Part shown: in pieces, positions 36,055-52,900 of the stretch | Layout of the letters: each line of letters opens with the position of its first letter | Position numbering within the stretch: position 1 is the first letter of the stretch | NCBI GenBank assembly: GCA_030704615.1 | Contig: CM060733.1 | Span: 13,330,001 to 13,394,000 of the forward strand | DNA from: Takakia lepidozioides | Lineage: Eukaryota; Plantae; Bryophyta | Direction: 5' to 3' | Length of the DNA: 64,000 nt | The notes under the pieces: generated by a model | The model's database searches: none | Seen by the model: only the letters and a program-made list of their open reading frames with translations | What the model was told of the DNA's origin: nothing | Made by a program: the position numbers and the translations under genes

Positions 36055-39000
36055 ATGACGAGGCGTCGTTTGTTGGAGAACACAGGGCCAAGGCAGCAGG
36101 TGAACGCGGAGACTGATTCACAAGAGCAGACGGAGACTGAGGCAGCGGCTGCGACACAGTCGGCGATAAGAGTGCGCCAGCCTGTGGAGGCAGAGATGAA
36201 TCGCAGGGACACTGAAGAAGGTGGAAGCACGCGGAACGCCGAACCTGAAGAAGGTCAAGAAACCCTTGCGCAGACAGAAACTCCAGCAGATGTGAGAGGG
36301 AAGAGGAAAGCTGCAGAAGGGGATCAAATTTCAAAACCTAAGAAGGTGCCAGTAAGTTTTATCATATAGTCTGTGTGATTGCCTTTCAAGGAGTCCTTCC
36401 TCTTCCATTCTTTAGCAGGAACTACTGAATCGCGAGCGTCGTTAACGCCATTCGATTCTGCTCATGAGATTTATGTACCTATGTGTTTGAAGAGAGAGTC
36501 TGCACTTACTATTCTCCCTAAACTACACTGAATGTCGTTGCCGCCAATCAGTTGCACATATATGTCATTACACAACACCGATCCGGCAGGTTGTTATCTT
36601 TTGTGATTGTCGTTAACGCCGTTCGCTATCGCTCTCACTTTTGTTTTGAATACGGCAGTCTCGGCTTTGCATGTGTAGATTGCTGAATTCTTTCACACCA
36701 TTCATGGTGAGTTTCCTTGATACAGAGTGATTGTCGTTACCGCCATTCACTATTTGCAAATCACTTAGTCAGAACTGAATGGCATCGTGCAGAAAACTGT
36801 GAGGTCGAAGCCTACAGGATCAGAGGGGAAAGGATCTGGAGATGGGGACGAGTCCGCAAAAAGCTCAGAGAATACAGATGAAGCAGATGAATCCGAAGTG
36901 CACTACCTTGACAAGGTGAAAGAACTCATGTCATTCCAGAAGGTAAACTCTCAGGAGGTTATAAGGGACATGCTCGTATCTGGAGGGCGTCTGGACATAC
37001 CTCTGTGCCGGATGATATCAATGCCTGTTGTGCGTCCACCTCTTTCCCATGACATAACAAAATTGGAGAGTGATTTTGTGCATGGATATAGACTTGGTGC
37101 ACAAGTTTTTTATGTGTCACTGACGGATATAAATGGGAAAAGCACATTAGTTTCTCCAGAGATCAGTGATAACTGGGATGAGTGCTGGAAAGATGCCAAT
37201 GAGGAGTTCGAGCTGGGCCTCATGATGGGAAAGAACACCCAGCAATTTTGCAACCACATGTTCTACGTCTGGGACGGCAACCACCGATTGCTGGCATGGA
37301 TGGGATACATTCAGAAACACCATTCGAAAGACAAAGACAAGCATGTTGCTGTGGAGGCAATGGTTTTGGATCCAGGAAACGACATCGCTAGGCTTCTTAC
37401 AGCTATGCACGACGTGAACAAGTAAGTCATCCAGGAGATTTGATTCCCTCTGTAGTGTCTTGTTGATCCTCAAAAAACAGTGTTAAGGAATGCAATGTTT
37501 TCAATGTTTTTGCAGATCGACAGAGAAATCGCATGTGACAACAAGCTTGGTTCACACACTATTCCGAATTCAGAGGATTGGTCTGATGAAGCTGGATGAT
37601 TTTCGGACAGTACTACCACCCAATATCATCAAGAAGTGCGAAAACAGGAAGAGCTGCAGGCACTTGGTATTCTTTGACACGAGAGGCGTTTCTGGAGTAC
37701 ATGTATGCGGTAAGCCCGAGTCTGTAATCTGTTTACTTTTCGAATACATGTTTAGAGTCCCTTCGGAGCTAATCACTACTTGAATGAATGCAGCAAGAAC
37801 TGGCAGAGGCAGCTGAGAAGGGAAAATCCGAATATTACCGCACTACACCAGAGGAACTAAGGACATCAAAGGGTGTGGAAGCTGCAATAAAGAAGGAGTT
37901 TGAGATGCGAAGAACCAAATTGATGTCAGCCTTCGGAAAGCAGCTTAGAATAGTAGATCCTGGACTTGGTCCTGAGTTCCTTCAGCAGATCAAAACACAC
38001 TATGACAAGCATGTGCATCCGGAGATGCAGCAGGAGAAATTGCACCGGCTGGCCATATCGATGGTCGACCCACAAACAAAAATAAGGTGGCTGGAGATAT
38101 GGAACTCAGATCAAACAGTAAAGGACTTGAATCAGTTCCCAAAGAGCACCATACAGCCTGGCACAAAGGTGGAAGGAATCAGTGATTTGGTGTTTGATAA
38201 CTGGCTCCACAAGGCTACATTTTGGAGTCAGGTGTGTATTCGAACATGCTGTTTCTTCTCTTCAAGTATGTGATGTGTTTTTTTTGCAATTCTGACAAAT
38301 ATACTATTTGCAGCTCGAAAAGCGCGCCGTCATTGTGCTGGATCAGACTTTGAAGGACCTGAACATTGCGATTGTTTCCCCTCCCCAAATGTCATTGGAG
38401 GCATACATAAGGAAGTGGAGAGGTCTCACCTGGAGATACTGTTTTTTCCGGGAGTTCTCCAAAGATGGTAACATTTTACGGTCCAACGACTTTGACAGTC
38501 AGGTTGGAGGAGAGTGGGCCATGATGCGAGTTGTGTACAGGTGAAATGTCATACTTGAAACTCTACTGTTTTTTTGGGAAAAATTGTGGCTTCATATGGA
38601 TTGCAATCTTAGATCCAGATTGAATGTCGTTGACGACATTCACTTCTTTGTCTGAGTCATTCTTAAGCGAGTATATGAATTCACCTGGTTAGGATCTAAG
38701 GGTGCAATTATATTGTCCCTGATTAGAATTGATAATGTCCTTGAATGGCGTTGACGACATTCACATACGGAGTTGTTGTGTGGTCCTCAAGGTTATTTAA
38801 ATTTTTGTAATGTCCATAGAGGTTACAATGAGGGTTGATCACTTCATTTTGCTGAATGTCAATGCAGACATTCAGTTGTTCTGCATTGTTTTTTCCTCTT
38901 GCGATGAATATGGAGGCTTGATAAGCTCTGTTTAAGAAATCCAAAGTGAATGTCGTTGACGACATTCACAGCTGTGTCTGTATTATTCAAAAACGACAAA

Positions 39001-41673
39001 TTCAATTTCATGGATTGGGGAGCTAAGTAATTGGTTTCTTTTTGTATTTTTGTGAATGGCGTTGACGCCATTCACATACAGTGATGTTGTGAGGTCCTCA
39101 GTGATAGGTTCGTTATGAATGTGCATTGAGTTTTCCTGGATGGTTCCTTACTCAATTTTTTTATTTCCATCCTGTGATTTTGCTTCATTTCAGTAATAAT
39201 TTGGCTTCATTCTTGATGTCGTTGACGACATTCACTTCTATGTCTGTGTCATTTCTAATCGCTTATTTGCATTCACCTGGATTAGGATGTATTTACAGTG
39301 TCATGGAATGGAATGTTCTGAATGGCGTTGACGACATTCATATCTGGAGCAGTAGTGTGGTCCTGAAAGGTCCTTGGAGCAGTTGTCAGAGCCATTTCAA
39401 TCCATGTTTTATTCTTTCTGTTCTACTTGCATCTTACTCACTGAGCGCTTTTGTGGGTTGGGATTCATCTCCTTTTTTCAGGTACACGAAATATGTGCTT
39501 ATGGAAGGAAATCACCTGAGCGGAATTCCCGACTATCTTGACATGTGGTCGGACCCTGCAAACGATCCAACCATGTATACTGCAGGGATATTGAAGGACT
39601 GGAGTCCTTCTCACTTCAGAGACTGTGGGTGGTACCTTGACTGCCCACCTGAGCACACGACCTTTCAGAACAGCATATGAAATACTTGAACAATAACGCT
39701 GAGATGCTGGCGCCTTTGACTGACGAAGAGTATCAACGAAACATAGCAACCTTGGCTGCCAAGGAGCCTGATGCTCAGGGAACGCCGCAGAAGGGAAAAG
39801 AAGGCGGGCCGCAAACCAAAAGACAAGGCTGTTGATGTCATAGCCATCTCACCAGCAAAGCCAAAGGACAAAGACAAGTCCAAAGAGAAGGAAAAGGACA
39901 AGGGGAAGGAGAATGAAAAGGAGATGGAGAGTGGGCAGGACTTTAGTGCTGGAAGATATACCCGCACTCTTCAGTGCGTGTTCGATGCCAAGCCACACCC
40001 GTTCTGATTCAGCAGGAGAGATGAAAATTGTTAATGAGGGTTGGCTTTCGATGATGCAGAGTCGAAAGAGAGGATACACTGGGGTGCCATCCCCTACCTG
40101 GGACAATATAATCTCATTCCTCAATCTGGTGAGAATTCCAGTTTCTTTCCTTTTTCTCTGAATGTTTCGTTGGCAGTATTTCAGTCTCGTTCTTTGAAAA
40201 CATTTGCCATCGTTCTTATAAAAAACATGTCTGTTGCAGGTGAGCACAGGTCCCACCTTCGTGTGCGGTGTGCAGAAAACTTATGCGGCCGACATTGTCA
40301 TTCTCGACATCCCGGATGGCCAGGCTGTGCCAGAAGTTCTTCCAAAGGGCAAGACGCCAGGGTGGAACAAATTCGAGGACAACTACTGGAGTTGGGTATT
40401 CGGGTTCTGTAACAATTTCCTCTCTGATGCAGGGACACTTCTGCTTTTTCAGTCATGTGACAATGATAGTCGTCGGGCATTGGCATCATACCTCAAGTCT
40501 TCAGGGTTTGAAGTTTTGCGCACATGGAATTGTGTGAACAGCCTCTACCTTGTGAAAGGGGGTTTCCCTGGTCAGCTGGTATGCCGTCTGCCTTCTGCTT
40601 ATGCTTTGATCATGAGTTTCAATTTCTCTGCAGCTCCACTCTAGTAGAATGTTTTATGATCGACACCGATCATCAACGATTCATGGTTTTTTGGTGTCAG
40701 AGTTCTGAATAGCCGATGTACACACTTCCACTTTAGATTGTGTTTACCACACTAACCTGCTATCTTTGGCAGACGAGGATGTTCGAGGCGATCTGCCTGC
40801 GGAGGATTCGCACATCAAAGACACCATCCTCCATCCGCAGCTTTGAGATTTCTGACCAGGGTTGTTTCGTCAACCCCCCTATGAGCCCCATGTCGATGAC
40901 ATTTTGTACAACTTCATGCAGTCCAGTCAGACTCTGAAGAGACCAGATGGCACTCCCTGGAGAGGTGCAAAGGAAAAGTCACCAGCATTCATGCAAATAC
41001 TGCTGGAGTCATGCAGCCACCGCTCTGCACGGGTGGTCGATCTTTCTGTGTCCACAGGTTCGTTTTCTCCCTTCCGAATTGGTTTCCTTTCAACAGTTTC
41101 ATCTGCTTAAATCCCCTCCTCCAAACTTATGTTCTCCTGTCTGGTGCAGGAGCAACTTACCACGCATGCAAGGCAGGCGGAAGAAGCCTTTTTGGTATGG
41201 AGGGTGATTCTGACCTCTACAACACAGTGCTCCTCCCCCTTTTGTCTGGCTCCACTTCAGGCACACAGACTGATCGGATTCATATTCGAAATGATGACGA
41301 TCCCGAAGATAAGCAGGTCGACAACGACTTTTCATGTGAGTAAGTGCTAAACCCTCTTTGGGAGTCATACTCAATTTCTCGATAACATCAAAGTTACAGT
41401 AATAACTTTTTCAGGCTGTCTTTCAGGAAAGCCAGCGGTGGATCTTCAGGAGATACAGTCATTTCTGGCGAGTCTGTTTTCGACAGCCCCCTTTCCAATT
41501 TTCTGCTCCCTGTTTATGCCGAAGCAATGGCACTTCACGCGTCCGAGTCCCTATCCCCTGACTTTTTAGTGGCCAGCCGTAGGTGTATCCAGCGTGGATC
41601 CGGTGTTCTAAAATACTTAGACTTAGATGCAGAGGAAGAGGGGATACATTGTACTGACTCTGAGTCAGACTGA
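36055..41673 (+). CDS. Transposon cargo: ParB/Srx-like domain plus beta-class DNA amino-methyltransferase-like (N6A/N4C) domain; ~10 exons (36055-36351, 36793-37421, 37516-37709, 37794-38231, 38314-38540, 39482-40128, 40240-40578, 40773-41057, 41150-~41335, ~41415-41673); several frameshifts in this copy
   Basis: FYVWDGNHRLLAW (37273-37287); ADIVILDIPDG (40306-40320); WRGAKEKSPAFMQILLESCS...VVDLSVST|GATYHACKAGGRSLFGMEGD. GT-AG introns with consistent phases; the last exon is less certain. Confidence 0.72.
36433..36751. repeat. Four degenerate copies of the GAATGTCGT-NN-ACGACATTC palindrome in cargo-gene intron 1
   Basis: Copies at ~36436, 36529, 36603 and 36727. Confidence 0.7.
38621..39340. 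repeat. Array of seven ~22-24-bp palindromes (GTGAATGTCGT-TG-ACGACATTCAC) in cargo-gene intron 5
   Basis: Copies at 38621, 38742, 38852, 38946, 39051, 39214 and 39319. Confidence 0.92.
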
Positions 41674-42366
41674 ACTGTATTCTTTTATATTCATTTTCAT
41701 ATTATCTGGAAAACGTTGAATCCCCTTACTCTACCGTAGTTGTTCCTTTAGAACAAATAATAATCACAGAATCAACTTTCGTTTAAATTGCTATATGTAT
41801 GAATCCATCTCACAAACCTTCCTGACTCTTCTCATATCCATTGTGCATTCATCTACACTGTATTCATGCGTGCTCCATTCATGAAAGCTTCCTTTGTACA
41901 ACATCCATTGTACATTCATCCTCTGTACTCTTTAATCCACCCCACAAACCTTCCACACTCATTTCATATACTTTGTGCATTCGTCAAAAGATTTGGTCAT
42001 GCATCTTCCTGTCATGAATTTTTGTCATTGCTCAACATCCATTATACATTCATCCATTTTACTCTTATCCATCCGTCATTCATCCATCTACATAGATTTT
42101 TCAAACTCATCCATCTGTTTATCATCCAACTGTACATTCATCCATCATTTATTCAATGCCTTTTATTATGTCGTCCAGCTTGTTTCCGCGGTAAAGGGTG
42201 CCAATCCGCGGGAATACACTCCACTTCTTTCTGGGTGCGTGGTGACTCGGCCTCCACGTGTGATGACGTGGACTGAGCCCCGTGACGTGGCATTTGCGCA
42301 AGGTGACGTGGCGTGAGCGCACGCGCTCACGCGCTCACGTGACCAGGCTCACGCCGAGGCATCCCT

Positions 42367-42879
42367 GAAGCTAGGAAACGGTATGAAAGGCAGGCGAATC
42401 GGAAGCGGAGGGAGGAAGTGAAGTTTGAGGCAGGCACGGAGGTCTGGTTGAACATCAAGAATTTCCGACTACCTCCGGAAGTGAGCCCGAAGTTCATGCC
42501 TCCGTATGCGGGACCCTTTCGCATTCGGAAGGTTATGAATGAGGATGTGTATGAATTGGAGCTGCCGGCAAACAGCAAAGTGCACCCAGTATTCCATGTC
42601 TCCCTTTTGAAGCCTTAATTCAAAGATGAAGCACATCCGAATTGACATCAAGTGTTGCGTCCGCCACCTATGCTGTTGGATCATGAAAATGAACTTGAGT
42701 ACGAGGTGGAGGCAATACTTAAGTCGAGGAGGTTCAAGAACCGAGAAACGGAGTATCTCGTCAAATGGAAGGGCTATCATCATGTGGAGGCATCTTGGGT
42801 GCATGCCTCAGAAATGGGAAACGCGTCCGAGGCGGTTGCAGCTTTCGAAGGGCGACCTCAAAAGCGGAAGAAATGTTGA
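42367..42879 (+). pseudogene. Chromovirus integrase C-terminus (GPY/F motif) and chromodomain
   Basis: [27 protein letters not shown]; YEVEAILKSR...YLVKWKGY...SWV. Confidence 0.93.
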
Positions 42880-42900
42880 TGGGGACATCAACCTTGGAGC

Positions 42901-42913
42901 GTGGGGGAGGAAA
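42901..42913 (+). promoter_or_regulatory. Polypurine tract of the chromovirus
   Basis: GTGGGGGAGGAAA followed by TG, shortly after the chromodomain stop codon. Confidence 0.75.
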
Positions 42914-44417
42914 TGCATGCTTAGCCCGGCTTAACTAGCTTAGGAACCCGATTGCAAAAACTTGTATTGTACAAAACGTGCTATAAATGAAATGGATTCC
43001 AAATGTTGTGCGTCCTATTTTGTTTGGAATGGTGATGCATGGTATGGTTGGCTAGTGTGTAGAATGCATGCTAGCTTATAAAAGTGGGAGAGGTAAATTG
43101 GGTTAATCGTGTGTTTGCGTAGTGCCGAAATCGGGTGACCCCATCCAAGGGGCAAGGAAACTTGCGCCTTCTTTGGGAATTCACGTGCTAGTGCGCACCT
43201 GGCGCGTGCACGTACTATAACTGCGCTACCGAGGGGGTTGCCTTGTAGTGCGGGCTAACGCGGAAGCTACGTGCTTCCGTTCACGTACTATAATCGTGTA
43301 GCCTCGGGACGAAGTCGTAGTGCGGCTTCGACGTGTTCCCGTACCTCAGGCCAGCATTCCAAGGCGGACCCAATTGTAGTGATTGGGGCGCACGGTTGGT
43401 TCAAGGTTATCTTCCTAGTCAAAGGGTTCCAGGTGAACCCTTGCTCAAGGTGATGCCAAAAGCGGCATCATGAGCGGTCGCAAGCAATGTTGTTGCAGTA
43501 AGACGATTCGATCCTCGGGGAGGATCGTTCTTTGGCCTTGAAGTAGGCCAAGAAGAGTGCACTGGGAGGAGCTTGAGAGACTCCACCCCTGGCCGGGACT
43601 TGGAGGAAGTCGGCCGCCGAACTAGCTAGTGGAGAGTAGAGTCAAGTGTGAGGTTTGGTTCTTTGCCATGGGACGCCATGGTACGGAAACAAACTCCTTG
43701 ATGTGGGTTGAGGGCAGGGGGTGGGACACATGAGGGGCTGCCCCTGTGGTGGGGGCAGCGGCAGCGATAGGTATGGGGGGCTCAAGCACCATTGAGTGCC
43801 CAAGGCACTCAAGGAGGCGGAGGCGCTCACTAGGTGGAGCCCCGCACACCGGGTTGCGGTGGGGGTGGCTCCACAAGGGGTGGTGGTAGCTTAGCGGGAC
43901 TTAGTGGGGGTGGCATAGGACTCACCATGGGGGCGGAGACCTCGTGGTGGGAGTCGTGGGGAGTCTTGGGACTCATCACGGTCCATAGGGGCCGTGGTGA
44001 GTGGGCCAAGACTCACCGCGACTCATCACCGGGAGTCGAGGGTTTTCGTGGTGGTTCGCCATAAAATGGCATGGCTGGTTGTGAACCCCCCGCGGACAGC
44101 TACAGAAGTATATATAGGGAGTAGTAACCCCGAGAACGGTGCAAGCCCGTTGGTGACCAAAAACTAGTGAGTAAGCGAGCGAGCCGGAAAGCGACCAAAG
44201 AGTGGGGAGCTGTTCCGGACTGCCAACTACCAAAGGGAATTCTCGTTGGTTCCAAACATGTGGAGGGTTCTTTGGGAGAACAAAGGGGGACCGTTATGCC
44301 CCGGTGAGCAGCCGAAGCTCCAAGTTGGCCCGGCGGCTAGGTTGGGAGTCAGGCGCGCGCATCAAAGCGAGTAACTATGACTTGAGGGGGGAGCTTACCG
44401 AAGTGAGGTGTGCGACA
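42914..44417 (+). repeat. 3' LTR (only 43708-44417 is shared with the 5' LTR)
   Basis: Starts with TG after the PPT and ends ...GCGACA before the TSD. Confidence 0.75.
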
Positions 44418-44540
44418 ACTTATTTCAGGTATGTCAGGAACAGATACATCACTTATGGCCCTGTATTTGAAGAGAAATGCAGTTCTTCGGTCTTCATCAG
44501 TCACCAGTGGTGTCTCTTTATCCGTCACGGAAGCTACCAT
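44418..44540 (-). pseudogene. Rhodanese-domain gene, 5' half of exon 1 (cut off by the chromovirus)
   Basis: MVASVTDKE...VPDIPEIS joins in frame to SEELLEEL at 26424 once the element and one TSD copy are removed. Confidence 0.82.
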
Positions 44541-45952
44541 CGCTCTGGCTGCTCGAAATGATTTGCAATGACTCTACTTACAGTGATCGTCCAAATCTAG
44601 CTTTCTTTCTTTCTTTCTTTCTTTCTCTTTCTCTCTCTTTCTCTCTCTCGACTGTTCACCAAATTCCTCACATAAAAACTTTCGATTCATTCTATTGCAA
44701 ACCATACGGGCCGAGCGAGCCTTGCATTACAGAAGGAAAAGATCATGAAACAACTTGAAATCCAGCGCAATCGCTCAGGAAATTTTTTATGAGACCCACA
44801 CTTGGATTTTTCATTGGCTTTACCCAATCGATTGCTCCAAAGGAGAGGAACTCGAGGAACGAGATCAGAGTTATTAGAAAGTCGACAAACTAAACTGGAC
44901 AGTCAAGTACAGCAGGCACTTGCTATTTGCGACACCTGTAAAGCTCGTAAATTTAGCCAACCAGAATATTCCCCACGGTTCCTTACCCCGTGTAAATGCC
45001 CAGGCTGGCGAGGTTTTGGCCAACTATCAAACGTGGCACCATGTGTAAGATAGGCTCAATGTCACCGCACTCGTGACAAAACTCAACCTCTTTACGCAAA
45101 ACTGGTTTGTTTGTGCCAATAATAAGGCACCAACTCCTCGGCTTTCCCGTCACTTTCGCATGCACATCCTTATGTGTTGCGTGTGTGTCATCACACCAAC
45201 TACGTGGGCCTTGTTGCTGTGCGCAAGCATTTCGTGGGTTCGGTGCCGGACACTTGTACAATACGACATGCCAATCAAATGAATGCGAAACCGGATTTAT
45301 CTCGTCGAGTATGTAACCACACATGACCTTGATGACTGCCAATCCCATACGCAGGAAGCCCTTCTCTCTCTGGCACACCGCAGAGTCTGCAGTTGTTCAG
45401 ACCATCCTTATGATCGATGGCATTACACCAAGAATGTGTAGTGCAAAGTCGGTGCCCAAATCAAGAACCGGTCACCGAGGCCTCTACAATTGGAATAAAG
45501 GAGTGTTTAGAAATTACAGGGAGGAATACAAAACTCCCTCGTCAACTACATTTTATCGGGCTCCGCCCCGAGAAGTTGTGGGGTAGCTGACCTACTTCCA
45601 CTGTACCCCTTCTCTAACTACCACTTGGCACTTGAATTTCTCATAAATAAATGACCCCCTGCAATCCTAAGTTGTAGCCAGGTCGCCGTTCTGATTCTGA
45701 GTGGGTCAATCAAAGCAAACTGATTCATTAGGAAGCTTATTGACAACTGCTTTAGGCCTTCTAGACACTCCTTGGTTATAAACTCTTCAATTTGCTACAA
45801 TGCCTCAGAAAATGCCGCTCTGGAAAAATGCGTGCAACCAAATGCGTGAATGTTTGCAGATGTAAAAGCAAACACCATTTCGATCTCCGCAAATGACAAA
45901 GAGCTCAAATACGATCCTTTTCTCATCCAAGCAACTGAGGGTCAGTCTTGCT

Positions 45953-52373
<6,421 letters not shown>

Positions 52374-52900
52374 TCTCCCTCCCTCGTAGGATGTAGCGAA
52401 GAGAGTCAGCGGGCTGATCGCAAGCAATTAAATCCCAATGAAGACACGCAGCTCCAAGATCCAGCACGCCTGGCTCTTCATGAGAGTCTGTAGACAAGGG
52501 TTTTAGGGAGGCGTAGGCGCCGTCATGGCGGGCAGCTCCAGAACCTTCCTTCATGCCAGAGCTTCATAAAAACGTTGTCACCCCAGAGTCAACATCCATC
52601 CATCATTCCTACATTCATCCATAATGTGGGCTGGCCTACCCGACGTTTCGGAGGGTCGGAACATAACTACTGTGACTCCCGGGAGTGGGGGTGAATAAAT
52701 GTATCTGGGTGTACACGCAAAGGGCCACACGTTGCTTATCGCCATTGCCCATACGCAGATCAGATCTGAACCTACATCTAACGGAGAGAATAAATTAGTT
52801 CTGGCCGTTGATTATATCGTTCCGGACGGAGAGGATGTGTTCTTATCCGTCGCGTTAAGGAATCCAACGGCAGGTATGGAATCTCATCTATAGAGAGGAA
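52374..52900. promoter_or_regulatory. Probable shared (head-to-head) promoter region of HSP60 and RPL19
   Basis: Divergent gene orientation; site-II-like TGGGCY motif (~52627) and three AACGG cores (52777, 52805 rc, 52863). Transcription start sites not determined. Confidence 0.4.

Larger units (their letters stand above)
31097..42355. mobile_element. Mutator-superfamily TIR DNA transposon (~11.3 kb) with transposase and ParB-methyltransferase-like cargo gene, inserted in the integrase
   Basis: Inverted termini ggcgtgagc..cacgtgagcgcg(c/t)gagcg at 31097 and ending at 42355; integrase sequence resumes at ~42367 ([15 protein letters not shown]). No TSD recognised. Confidence 0.85.
26430..44417 (+). 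mobile_element. Ty3/Gypsy chromovirus LTR retrotransposon (Galadriel-like gag) containing a nested 11.3-kb DNA transposon
   Basis: TG...CA ends, 5-bp TSD ACTTA (26425-26429 and 44418-44422), paired LTRs, tRNA-iMet PBS, gag-PR-RT-RH-INT-chromodomain order, PPT. Confidence 0.96.

Noticed and set aside
38621-39340. CRISPR array (palindromic repeats with spacers)
   Set aside because: Spacers are ~70-140 bp, uneven and partly homologous to each other; the array lies in a spliceosomal intron; no cas genes are present
36055-41673. Bacterial or phage contamination explaining the ParB-MTase
   Set aside because: The gene has many phase-consistent GT-AG introns and sits inside a TIR element nested in a plant LTR element with a TSD
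44983-45378. 131-aa Cys/His-containing ORF between the rhodanese 5' end and HSP60
   Set aside because: No recognisable family motif or convincing splice structure; cannot be supported without a search
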